38,116 nt of DNA from Vicugna vicugna (lineage: Eukaryota): assembly GCA_013265495.1 (NCBI GenBank), contig MU057584.1:908608-946723 (forward strand), in the 5' to 3' direction. The stretch's first letter is position 1. Each line of letters begins with the position of its first letter. The notes beneath the pieces were generated by a model. That model was not told the DNA's origin, searched no databases, and saw only the letters and a program-made list of their open reading frames with translations. Below are positions 1-11,539 of this stretch, piece after piece. The position numbers were made by a program, and so were the translations under genes.

Positions 1-3000
1 CCACGAAGGTCAAGATGTAGAAGAGAAGGGCCAGCTGAGGGTGAGGGGCAGGGTCAGCAGAGCTGACGGGGTGCTCCCCAGGCTGGGAACTTCCCCAGCA
101 ATGGCCCTCCTACCCACCAGGAGCAGGGACAAGAATATTGGGAACCCAGGAGGGAGCAGGGGCTTCCAGGCACCTTGAGGGAGTCCACGAGGTCTTCTAC
201 CAGGAAGAAATGCCGCAGCTGCGTGGCCGCAGAGACCACGTGGGAGGCCATCTGCTGGGACAAACGTTCTGTCTGCTCCCGAGTCAGGGTCAGATCCACA
301 TCCAGGTAGGCCCTGAGATAACCAGGGTGTGGGAGGTGACTCAGCAGGTGGCAGGGACAAGGGCAAGAAATGAGGGTTGGGAAGAAGGCCAGGCCTAGAT
401 AGAGGTGGGGGTCAAGAGACAGGATCAAGGATTAAGGGTCAGAGGTTAGGGCTGGAAGTCAAGGATCATGTGGGAGATAGAAGCGGGGATGGGATGCGTC
501 AGGGCCAGGGTGAGAAGTCAGAGCCTGATTTGAGGTCATGGGTCCTGACTTAGGTCCAGTGCTAGGGTCTGGGCCAGGGGTTCTCACTGGAAAGGGTTGG
601 CGCCGTCCCCCCGGTGCACGGCCTGCAGCACTTTTCGGTAAACCCTGAGAGAGATGGTGCTGCAGAGCAGCAACAGGGCCACGTGGGCGGCCACGGACAC
701 GATGCTAAAATGCAGGAGGCAGAGCAGGGAGACCATGAGGCCCGTGAAGACCACTCCCGACGTCCTCGTGTCCTTCCAGTACAGCAGGTCCGCCACTGTG
801 GAGGGAGGGGGTGGCGATCAGGCTGGGGTTTGGAGCTGGTCTGGCTGACCTCTTGACCTCCTATTTCCTGTCTCAGGGCTAAACCATGACCTCTTGACGC
901 ACCTGTCTGAGCCTTAATCCAATTACCCGATTTTTATTTGTCATCTTTTATTCTATTCTTGCCTCCTCTCTTCTCCTCCTGAAAAACCCAAGTTAACTGT
1001 CTAGTAAGTCCCCTTAAGCTTATTTCTGCCCATAGATTATGGGCGGACACAATTTGGGGGTTAAGATGGTACCATATATATACTCTTCTACATCCTGCAT
1101 ATCTCACTCTACTTTTCCTCCTAGAATTCCCTCTTAGTCAACTGGAATAGCTTTTTTTCCTGTTCTATTCTTTGTATATAATTGAAGTATAATTGGTTTA
1201 CAATGTTGTGTTAGTTTCTGATGGACAGCATAGTGATTTAATTATATATATACATTCCTTTTCAAATCCTTTTTCATTGTAAGTTATTATAAGATATTGA
1301 ATGTAGTTCCCTGTGCCATACAGTAGGGCCTTGTTGTTTATCTATTTTATATGGACTAGCTTTTAATTCATTCTTTTTAAAGGCTACATACTATTCCGTG
1401 GTGTGACTTCACCATCATTCATTTTATTGAACCACGTATCTATTGCTGGGTCATTTACTTTGTTTCCTCCCCCATCCCCTTCCCCAGCAGTACTGCAAAT
1501 ACCAGCCTCCTACAGATATTCTTACCTCCAAGAGGTTCTATTTCTGAGACAGAATCCAAAGGGTGGAATCATCACTGGGTGGATTAATTATGTATTTTCA
1601 AATGTCATAAATATTACCAGATCGCTTACTAGAAAGACTCTAACAATCCTTATTTTCATGAGTAACATGAAAGTGATCTTTTCCCAGCATCCTGCCCAGC
1701 AATGGGTGTTATTGTTCTGTTTATTTTTTGCACCCTGACCAGTGTAGTTAGCTCCTTGATACTCCTGCCAACACATTTATCTAAGTCTAAAATATGTTAA
1801 TAACACTATCCTCCTTCCTAGGCCTTAACTCAAATTTTTGATATCTTTCTGAGACTCATCTCCCTTTTTTTTTCTTTTTGTATTCATGCACATTTTAAAT
1901 TAAATTCTCCCAAGCCCAGCCTAAACCCTGACCAGTGACCTCCAGACCCCAAAGTTTTTCATCTCACTCATCTAAACTTTGAACAGTCCTCCCTGTAATC
2001 CACTCCCCTTTGAGACCTGAACTGAGAGCCCAGTACTCTTCCTTCTACTTCCAGTCTCCATCCTCCAACCCTTACTCCAATCAAACTGATCCATCCCAGC
2101 CAGTCCCCCTTAGAGTCTGACTCCCTTCACTTTTGTATCCTCCCTATCACATCCTCCCACCTGCTTCTAACTAGGGCAGACCTCCCCCCAAACCCCTTCC
2201 CTACAGGCTCCCCTACAACACCAGAGCCAGTGAATGGGGGAGGGACGGGGTCGCCTGAGGCGGGGGCTAAGTTTAGGCAGCTGGGGGGAGGGAGCCTCAC
2301 CCGCAGCTGTGCTGGCCCGTCTAGCTCCTGAGTGACAGCGCCGCCTGGGCCTGAGGCTGGGGGAAGGGGCCTCCCCGCTCTTCGGTCCCAAAGCTCCAGC
2401 TCGAGAGGGAGGGGACCCCACACCCTCTCCACGCACTCCTTAGACACCCCTGCAGCCCCTTAGCCCCAGCCTGCAGCTCTGGGGAATTTGGGACCAATAG
2501 GAAACATCCCCCAGACTTGAGGGAGATAAGAGCGAATATGGACCCCTTTCCGCGATCCCCCAGCACCCCCGTCCCGGCCCGCCCCGAAGGCCCACCTTTA
2601 CTCCCCATCTCGGCTCCGAATGAGAGGCTACGGACACCGCTGCTTCTCAGGGATTTTGCCCACTTCAGTGGAACCAGAGGGAGGGAGTAGGGGGGCGGGG
2701 CCCCTCTGTACCCAGCCAATAGCTCTCCACAGAGGTGGGAACAATTCCAAAATGGGATGGCTGTCTTTGTAAACAGCCAAAATCAGTGATGTCTACAACT
2801 AACCCACAGGAACCGTTTGTGGAGGCTGAGCATACTTTAAAATAAGGCGGGGTCTATTTACAACTGGCCAATGCATGTGGTCAGGAAAGAGGAGAGTTTT
2901 TAAAAGGTGTAGAGTTTACTTTTAAATGCCCCATGGCTACATTCAGAAGAGAGCCTTTTTTCTCCTCCCCCAGGGATTTGGCCTCTCCAAAAATCAGCCT

Positions 3001-5997
3001 CTAGGGGGAGCACTCCAAAAGAGGGATTTTTTTTTTTCAGCAATCAGCCAATGCTAATGATCCAAGGAGGGCTAACTTCTCAAATGGGCGGGGGAACTGT
3101 ATAAAAAGAGCCAATGGTAATCTTAGGTAACAGGAAAAAAATTTAAGGGCAGAGTTTATGATGTCTTGCCAATAGCAATACCTCCTCCCTTCTCCACTCT
3201 CCTCCGTTCCTTCGCGAGGCTGGTTCCTTAAAAATTCCAATCCTCCACCCTCGCTGTAGTCCAAAGGAGCACTGTCCCTGACGCAGTTTACCTAGAAGGT
3301 ATGGTTCCAATGTGAATTCTGATTGGTCCGTGCTATGGAGGCACTGCCCCGTGATTGGCTCCCGCTCCAGCTGCCCCCACAGCTCTTCCTCCTTCTCGAC
3401 CAGCGAGGACTCATCCGGCCAAGAGTTTGAATCCCGGGATCGGGGAGGGGATGGAGTGCGGGCCTGAGGGGTCCCAGAGCCAGGGCTGGGCTGCGGAGTC
3501 AAGACTTCGGGCGGTGAAGACTGAGCGAGTCCAATTTGTAGGTCCAGTTCTGGTGCGTTAGAGAGAGAAGGCTGTAAGCTTTCACCTTGGAGGTGCCCGA
3601 AGGAGAGACCACCCACCCCTTGTGGCTTTGGTTCCAGCACCTGGGACATCTCACCTTTCCTAGCCTCTCCAGCCTCCGATCCATCCGGCTCCTCGTCTTC
3701 TAGTGGGGTGGAGCTACTTGTGGCAGAGTCCTCCCCGGACCCTGCTCCCCGGGCCGCCCAGCCCAGCTGGTCCAGCTTGAGCCCCAGGTCCTCCAGGGGA
3801 CGCTCCGCCGGAGGGGCAGAATTGGGGTCACCACGGCGCCCAGGCTCCGGGGATTGGCTCAGGCTGGGGATGCTCTCCAAGCTATCGCCCAGGCCAGGCT
3901 GAGGGGGTGGGTCTCGCGGCTCCGAGACTGAGCGGCCCTGGGGCCGTGGGCGGCGGGCAGCTGAATCCCTGCGGGCCGCAGAGCCCACCACGCCATCAAA
4001 GGCGATGTAGGAGAAGGTCAGCTCCCGCGGAGTGCCCCAGTCCTGCGATGTGGTCTCTTCCTCGTCATCCTCTGAGAATTCCCGGGCTGTGTGCAGCTCC
4101 CGAAAATCCGAGTCGTCATTCCCTCCTGCCGTGAGCAAAGGAGGGCATGAACTCCTCTGACCAAGACCCTGACCCATTCCCCTTAACCCGTTTACCCAGC
4201 TTTGAGCCTCCTCAAGTCCCACTCTCACATCCTCCCTCTCTACTTACCTTCTGTAGAGTCAGGGGTAGAGGACGCTGTAGATGGAGCTTCTTCTGCGAGA
4301 AGGAAAGAATCAAGGACTCTTAGAAGCTTAGACTGCCCGAATTACAGAAGTAGTGTGCCAGTCGTGGAAACTTGTCCGAAATAAGGAATCTTAAAATTTT
4401 AATCACAGGACCCTTAGAACATTCTGCATACAGACTGTAAAACTTTAGTATCCTTACTATCAAGAAGCTCAGTCTTAGATTACCCAGTCCGGGAATCTCC
4501 ATCTTCAAATTAGGGATTTTAGGAGGTTTCAATTAATTAATTCTTTCACCATTAATTGGGTGCTTACTATATGGCAGGCACTGTTTTAGAACCTGAGGAT
4601 ACAACTGTGAATAAAACAGACAAAATCCCTACTCCCATAGAGCTTATACTCTATAGGAAAGACAGACAATAAACAACCAACTTATGGTACTGGGTGCTAA
4701 GCATGGGGAGAAAAAATCAAGACAAGGGAGGAGAAAGTAAGGGGGTGCCATTTCAGTCAGGTTGGTGAGGAAGTCTTCTCTGATAACATTTGAGCAGAAA
4801 CCTGAATCATGTGGGGAAGCCACAGGATGTCAAGAGAACTGCCTTCCAGGCAGAAGGAAAAGCTACTGCAAGCACTATGTTTTGCATATTTGAGGAACAG
4901 AGAAGTGTGCAGGTGTGAGTGAAGCATAGTGACTGAGGGAGAGAGGGATGGGACATGAGGACAGAGAAGTAAGGCCAGGGTGGCAGAGGCAGGTAGGGAG
5001 ATCAAGTAGGGCCTTCCTTTGTAAGCCCAGGTAAGGAAAATATCTTAGAATGTTGGGATGATACTCTAAAATGTTGAAGTAAAAAATTCTCAGGATTTTG
5101 GCATCTGGACTCCCAAGACATGCAAGTGGCCAAGTCAGCGTTGAAATCCCCAGCTGTGAGGGTGTGAGACAGAGAATGTTAGACAAGGACTGTTATAGCC
5201 CTGGGCTCGGAGATCATGAGGATCAGATAAGACATTTTCATTTGTGGAATCCAGCCCCTTGGAGCTAGCTTTGCCTACAGGAGATGCTCAATACCACTTG
5301 GAAAGTGAAATCAGATGTCCCCCACCCCCACTTCGTTTCTTCAGCTGGGAAATAGGAGGCCAGGAATCAGAGGCAGGGAGCGGAGTGGGTCTCCTCCTAG
5401 GTAAAGCCACTGGTAATCAATGGTATTAAAGCCTGCTAAGGACCCAGGTGTCCTAGCCCTAAACCAAGGATGGCTGTTTCCCGGGGACAGAGCATTGGGC
5501 AATTTGGGCGAGGTCGGAGCTTCCTCTGAATGTGGGCAGAAAACGGAGGTGGGATGCAAAGATGGGTGATGTGGGAGTGGGGGATTCAGATCCCTCTTCT
5601 CCATCCTGGCTCTACCCCTCCATTCAAATCCCCTCCCCGCCGGCGGCGGCCAGCACCAGGGCGAGGGGACAGCTCCCGGCGAACATTCTCAACCCCCGGC
5701 GGAGCCCTGCGGCGCATCCCAGCGCCCAGCGCGCCCACCGCCGCTATCTCCGTGCCCCCCACTTCTGCCCTGTCTCATTCAGGTTCTCCTGGTCAAGTGG
5801 CCCCCATCGCCTCTAGAACACGGAGGGAAGGGAGAGCTTCCTTTGTCTCCTTCGCCTCCTCCCCCATCTCTTCTCTCCCCCGGCCTGAGGCTGAGGAGAA
5901 ACCCGGGAGGAGCCCACCCGGGCCTCTGGGCCCCACACCAGGCCTGAGCCTCCCCCTACTCACTGCAGTGGGCGAAGACCGGCAGGACCTGCCCCAT
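1..5997 (-). CDS. RTN2: Reticulon-2, exons 1-8 (3' part outside window). Coding exons: 5964-5997, 4248-4292, 3655-4125, 3292-3549, [2596-2608 short-isoform start], 588-795, 174-312, 1-34 (partial)
   Basis: Spliced translation MGQVLPVFAHC|KEAPSTASSTPDSTE|GGNDDSDFRELHTAREF...|ELDLQ...EPYLL|VADLLYWKDTRTSGVVFTG (reticulon domain)...NPFQ|AYLDVDLTL...VDSLK|LALLFYILTFV. All junctions are GT-AG with consistent phases; Kozak gccATGg at 5997. Confidence 0.97.
1170..1352 (-). mobile_element. L1 3'-end fragment in RTN2 intron
   Basis: attgaagtataattggtttacaatgttgtgttagtttctg...gttccctgtgccatacagtagggccttgttgtttatctatttt is the antisense of a typical laurasiatherian L1 3' terminus. Flanks tggaatagctttt (1143-1155) and tggactagctttt (1352-1364) resemble a target-site duplication. 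Confidence 0.8.
1360..1740 (-). mobile_element. Old L1M(E)-like fragment
   Basis: Degenerate antisense L1 motifs (ttcattctttttaaaggctacatactattcc; ggtggaatcatcactgggt; ttcccagcatcctgcccagca). Recognised by eye only. Confidence 0.5.
2596..2608 (-). CDS. RTN2: RTN2 short (RTN2C-type) isoform start: ATG GGG AGT AAA G, spliced to the 588-795 exon (MGSK|VADLLYWKD)
   Basis: ATG at 2608-2606 and GT donor at 2595; phase 1 matches the acceptor at 795. The short RTN2 isoform is recalled to begin MGSKVADLL. Confidence 0.8.
4545..5030 (-). mobile_element. L2 3' fragment
   Basis: attgggtgcttactatatggcaggcactgttttag...gatacaactgtgaataaaacagacaaaatccctactcccatagagcttatactcta resembles the antisense L2 3' consensus. 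Confidence 0.75.
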
Positions 5998-6360
5998 GGC
6001 CCACCTCGGGCCTGCATCGGGACCCCCGCCCACTCCGGCCACGCCGCCCTGGGCCTGGGGCCGCGGGCGCTCATCTCCGCCGCGCCCAGGACGCCGCCGC
6101 CGCCATCCTCGCCGACTCCTCCTCCCGGGCCGCTCCAGCAGCCACCGCCGCCGCTGCTGCCGCCGCCCTCAGTTCGGCTTGGCGGAGGCGGGCGGGGCCG
6201 CTGGTGGGGGAGGCCCTGCAGCGCGAGGGCTGGGGGCGGGGCCAGAGAACGGAGGGGAGGAACCTGAGGGATGGCGAGGGGGCGGGGAAACTCGAGTGGA
6301 TGGAGGGGGCGTGGCCTTTCTAATAGAGGAGCTGAGCTAGGACCGTAGGTTGCCGGGCCA
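5620..6360. promoter_or_regulatory. CpG island at RTN2 exon 1 and promoter, with GCC-rich leader and GC boxes
   Basis: Dense CpG, (ccg)n runs at about 6090-6168, GGGGCGGGG boxes near 6233, 6279 and 6385. Confidence 0.85.
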
Positions 6361-6831
6361 AGAAGGCATGGAAGGCGGCCTGAAGGGCGGGGTCTAAAGG
6401 GAAGAGGGTGGGGCCTTTATGGAAGAGGCGCCAGGCCTAGGGTAGGGTGAGGGGCTCAGGGAGAGAATGATGAAACAGCCTAGGTAGAGAGGATGGGGCC
6501 GTGGATCTCAGAGTGGTTTGGGGTGGAGCTTGAGGTGGCACTGAGAGGACGGTATAAAGATTCTACTGCTGAGAGGTAGAGTATGAGCCTAGATTCTCAG
6601 AGGGAGTGAGAAATGGGGCGGGAGGAAACTACTCAAAGTTTGAGACTAGGGGAAGAGCTCAGACATGGGTGGGGCTTAAGCCAATTTAGACTTATTCAGG
6701 TTGGGCGGGGTCAGTCAGAGACAGAGAAGGTAGAGGCACAACCTTATCGAGAGTAGCGCAGAACAGGCAAGGGAGGAGGCGCGGCACAGAAGATGGACGT
6801 AACCTGGAGTAGGGGGCTGGGCCTGTAGTTA

Positions 6832-6864
6832 AGAGGCGGGGCTAGAGGCGGGGCTAGAGGCGGG
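6832..6864 (+). repeat. Tandem 12-mer AGAGGCGGGGCT x~2.8 (stacked GC boxes) between RTN2 and PPM1N
   Basis: Directly visible: agaggcggggct agaggcggggct agaggcggg. Confidence 0.85.
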
Positions 6865-7405
6865 TCCAGGACTGTCCCAATATTAGAAGCTTGTGAGGCT
6901 GTGGGTTTGAATGAATGAGCGGAACCTGGAAGAGAAGAAACTAAAACAATTAAGGATTTAAAGCTTTTGAAACCGGGGACGGGACCACTGATATGAGCGG
7001 AGCTTGGACAAAGCAGGGCTGAGGACCCGAAGCCTAGGGTTGTACTGAGAATACGAATTCTAGAGATCGTTTCTCTGTAACCCTTGTTTACTTCTGTGAC
7101 TCAGTTTCCTCTTCAGTAAATTGGAGAAGATGATATGAAACAGTGTGTAGCTCATGATAAGTGCTAGTGTGTTATTATTATTATTTTTCCCTGACCCAAA
7201 CTTCAAATCTCGCTTTGAAGGTGCGAGAGAGGAGACCGAGGAGTTCAATCCCTTCTAGTGACTCGACTTGAGTGTAGGTCAAGGGCATAGGAAGATTTAG
7301 GTGGTTTAAAATCTCAACGGTGGAGGGGATTAGTGGAGGTGACGAGGGTGAGGGAGCGGTTAGCAGGTGCAGAGGGTGGAGTCTTCCTGATCCCCAGGCC
7401 GAAGG

Positions 7406-10400
7406 ATGGCGGCCCTCGCCCGCCTGCTGGAGCGTCTTCTCTGGCCATCTCGCAAGGAAGAAGAGGCGGAGGAGGAGGAGGAAGAGGAGGGGAGGTCTCC
7501 GGACAGGCCTCAATCCCTTCTGGACGCGCCGCGCTGCGCCCAGCGGCCGCACGGGGGTGTGGCGGCGTCGTGTGCCCTGAGCTTCGGGGCGAGCTCAGTG
7601 CAAGGCTGGGGAGCACACATGGAGGACGCGCATTGCGCTTGGCTCGCCCTACCCGGGCTGCCCCCAGGCTGGTCTTTCTTCGCAGTCCTCGACGGCCACG
7701 GCGGGGCGCGAGCCGCCCTCTTTGGCGCGCGCCACCTGCCGGGCCACGTGCTCGATGCTCTGGGCCCCGCGCCCCACGAGCCGGAGGGCGTGTGCAGAGC
7801 GCTGCGCCACGCCTTCCTGAGCGCAGACGCACGCCTGCACGCGCTCTGGCCCCGCGGCGAGCCCGGCGGCTCCACCGCTGTGGCATTGCTGGTTTCCCCG
7901 CGCTTTCTGTACCTGGCGCACTGTGGTGACTCCCGCGCGGTGCTGAGTCGCGCCGGCGCCGTGGCCTTCAGCACCGAGGACCACCGGCCTCTCCATCCCA
8001 GGGAACGCGAGCGCATCCACGACGCAGGCGGCACCATCCTCCGCCGGCGCCTCGAGGGCTCTCTAGCAGTATCGCGAGCACTGGGAGACTTTGCTTACAA
8101 AGAGGCTCCAGGAAGGCCCCCTGAACTGCAGCTCGTTTCCGCGGAGCCTGAGGTGACCGCCCTGGCACGCCAGGCCGAGGATGAGTTCATGCTCCTAGCC
8201 TCTGATGGAGTGTGGGACGCGATGTCTGGCACTGCCCTGGCGGAACTGGTGGCATCGCGCCTCTGCTTGGGCTTGGCTCCTGAGCTTCTCTGCGCGCAGC
8301 TGTTGGACACGTGTCTGTGCAAGGTCCTGAGGGCGGGGCTTGAGATCTTTGAAGAAAGAACCTAAGGGATTTTAGCGGGGGAGGAGCTTTGATGAAGAGG
8401 CACGAATAAAACTAGAAAAGGAGTGGCGCTCCACTAAGGGGCAGGGCCAAAATATGCAGAGCGCGGAGACTGAGGGAAGGCTTGTGGCAAGATGGGAGAG
8501 TAGTAGTGTTAGATAGGTAAGTGGGAGGGGTTTAAGAGAAAGGGCGTGGGTTTTTTGGAATGGGACAGCCCTTAGACTTCGGAGTGAGCCCTAAGGTGTG
8601 ATCAGTGGCTGAAAGAAGAGCAGCTAAACAGCAAAGTGGGAGGAGCTTTGGTGAAGGGAAGTGGTTCTCTTTAATAGAGTGGGGCTAGGACAGTGAGAGG
8701 GCATGGTCTCAGGGGCTTGTCCTTGTGAGAGGCCTGGTTTAGACTGGCAGAAAGTTGGGATTTGAGAGAAATGGATGTAACCAGATTGTGAAGAGGCACT
8801 AGAACCCAGGGAGTGTTGGGAAACTCTATATCCAAGGGCATCCAACCGTGTCCCACCAGGCCCTCTTTTCTCCACCTTCTCCAGGGCAGTCTGGACAACA
8901 TGACCTGCATCCTGGTCTGCTTCCCGGGGGCCCCCAGGCCTTGTGAGGAGGCCATCAGGAAGGAGCTAGCACTGGACGCAGCTCTGGGACACAGGGTTGT
9001 AGGTGAGCAGATGCCAGGAGCCCAGCAGAAGGGGTGGTCGCCAAGGAGGGGAACCCCTGTAACTCTTGCCTCCTTCTCAGAGCTATGTACCTCTACCCAG
9101 GAGCCTCCCAGCCTGAACACAGTTTTCAGGACTCTGGCCTCTGAGGACATCCCAGATTTGCCTCCTGGGGGAGGGCTCTACTGCAAGTAGGTTGGAGTGG
9201 GGTAGGGTGGAATGAGAGAAGGGGTGGTAGGGTGGAATGGGAGGAGGGTCTCCTCCTGAGGGCCTTCCTTTGCTCTGCAGGGCCACAGTCATCGCTGAAG
9301 CGTATTCTGAGTTCTGCCAGGCCTCAGGAGAGCGCTGGGTGGTAAGGACCCTGTGTTCCGTAATCTTTCTCTTAGAAGCATGTAATCCAGCCCCCTCACA
9401 CTGCCCCACCTCCTTAAGTGAGGGGGAAATTGAGGCCAGGGGGAGAAGGGCCTTGCCTGATACATTAATAAATTCTCACTCCTGGTCCTGAAATTTGTGC
9501 TAGACATGATGGGAGAGGGGGGATGCTGAAGCAGAGAAGAGACTATGCTTGCCCTTCAAGAAATGTACCCTGTACATTGCTCTGTGAAGCCCTATCATCC
9601 CAAACACCACCCACTCTATCCCAGAATAAGGCAAAAAAATTCAAGGAATGTTGATGACCCATACCAAAGGCTGATTGCGCTGCAGAGACCACCATAACAT
9701 CTCTGAGGGTGGTCCGGGTCTTAGATGAGAGAGGTTGGGCACAGACAGCCTATTTGGAGATGTCCAAAGAAGTGGTGGGCAAAACCAGATAAACTGAGGC
9801 ATTGGGTGGGAGTCAGGGAGGAAATGTGAAGTAGGAAACCTGAAAGCCTTTGCAGGGCAGAGAAGGAAGTTTGGTTATTACCAATTGGAGGAAGGCGGTG
9901 GGGGGTAGGGGGATTGTTGGTAGTTTCTCAAGAGTTAAAGGAGGTGTTTGTCAGGATTCTTTCGTGTTGTGAAAGGCAGAAACCCCTATTCAACCTGAGA
10001 AAACAAACCAGGGAATTTCCTGGGCCATGAAATTGAAGAGTTCAGAGACTTAAGGCATGACTGCTCCAGTTGTCGGATGATGTCATCAGGAATCGTCTCT
10101 TAGTTTTATTTTCTCTGAGTTGGCTTCATTCCCAGGCAGGGTCTCCGCTTGAGATAGCAGAGTTGCAGCTCCAGGCTCATATCCCAGGAGCCTACAATCC
10201 CCACTGGAGAGCGCGCGCCAGTTTCCCGGTAGTTGCAGCTGTGGTTCCAGAGCTGGTTCCCATTGGCCACACCAGATCACGTGCCTGACCAGTCACTGTC
10301 TCTGATTGGCTGGGCTAGGATCACAGGCCCATCCCCCAGCGCTCGGGCTTGGGGTTCACACCAGGCAAAACTGAGGGACTAAGAGATGAGGAATCCTGGT

Positions 10401-10562
10401 TCCTCAAAAGGAAAATAGGAGTGATGCTTCCAGAATACAGGGGAGTAAGTGCAAAGAGGTAAGGGGTTCCTATTCCCACATTTTATGTTACAGAAGGGGC
10501 ACAATGGGGCTGGGCAGCCCGCTGGCACCCTTTCAAGCTCTGCCTTGGACTTGGAAGCCTGA
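7406..10562 (+). CDS. PPM1N: Protein phosphatase Mg2+/Mn2+-dependent 1N (PP2C family), 423 aa. Exons 7406-8323, 8885-9002, 9081-9186, 9281-9341, 10494-10562
   Basis: PP2C motifs MEDAH, VLDGHGG, HCGDSRA, LAVSRALGD, LASDGVWD, GSLDNMT. Exon lengths 918+118+106+61+69=1272 nt with consistent phases; ends ...SALDLEA-TGA; syntenic between RTN2 and VASP. Confidence 0.95.
9950..10440. mobile_element. Probable MaLR/MLT-type LTR remnant in PPM1N intron 4
   Basis: Motifs tgtcaggattctttcgtgttgtgaaaggcagaaacccctattcaa, ttggcttcattcccaggcagg, ctctgattggctgggctaggatcac resemble MLT1 LTRs. By eye only. Confidence 0.5.
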
Positions 10563-10617
10563 CACGTACACAGCTGTCATCCTCTGGGGATCCTCTGCCC
10601 CACTGGGGCCTCAACAG

Positions 10618-10623
10618 AATAAA
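10618..10623 (+). terminator. PPM1N polyadenylation signal AATAAA
   Basis: AATAAA 56 nt after the stop codon. Confidence 0.7.
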
Positions 10624-11539
10624 GGAAGAAAACTCCCCTTCCTCGGCTGTGCAGACCAGCGGAAGGAAGGCAAGCCAATGGAGGAATCCCAGAATGTTTA
10701 TTTCCCTTTCTCCTACTTCCCTCTCACATAGTCTTATGAGATAGGGGAAATTGCACCCGTCAGCTAGACTGCCCCCCACCAAAAAACCCCAAGCACAACA
10801 CCCCCCAAACCAAATGTTTCTGAAATATTTAGAGCTGAATGGACCCTGAGAAATCATCCAGTTCAATAACCTTCTCTTCCCTTTCCATTTTTTATCTGTT
10901 TGGGGGTAGGTAGGGGGAAGTTTGATTAAATTTTCATTACATAATTCAAAATACATTTTTCTTGCGGAGGTGGGGGAAATACAAACATTATTTGCCCAGT
11001 CCTTTGGCAACTATATATTGGGCACCTGCTGTCTGCAAGGCCCTGCTCACAGCCATCAACTAAGGAGACCCACTGAGGTTCCTTACCCCCAAAACCTCCT
11101 AGTGTGAGGGGTGGGGTGGGGGACAGTAAACAAGGGAACCCATAAATAAGGTCATTTCAGACACTGACAAGTGTCTCAAAGAAAATGAAACTAGGGGACG
11201 TGATAAGTCAATGTCTAGGGGAACTACTTTGGTTTTTTACATTATTTATTTTTCGAACGGGTAATAAGTTCACTTGGTTTGAAATTTAAAGGGCACAAAA
11301 TGGTATAAAATGAAAAGTCCCTCTCGATCCCCCATCCCACGGCCACTCAATTTTCCACCTGGGGATGAAGAGGGGACCACTGAGAAGGAACCTAACACAG
11401 AAGTAGCCAACCATGCAAAACCCCAGGGAAGAGTGTCCCAAGGTGAAAGGAACAGTCAGTGTGAAAGCCTAGAGGCAGGACTGAATTTGACATTTTCAAG
11501 GTGAGGCTTGAGATTACAACCATCAAACTCCATGATCGC

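Noticed and set aside
3143..4228. 361-aa ORF as a standalone gene
   Set aside because: It is RTN2 exons 3 and 4 plus read-through intron sequence.
5530..8037. Long Pro/Arg/Gly-rich ORFs (5530-6267, 7314-7886, 7333-7929, 7510-8037)
   Set aside because: Expected shadow ORFs of stop-poor CpG-island and coding sequence; no recognisable domain.
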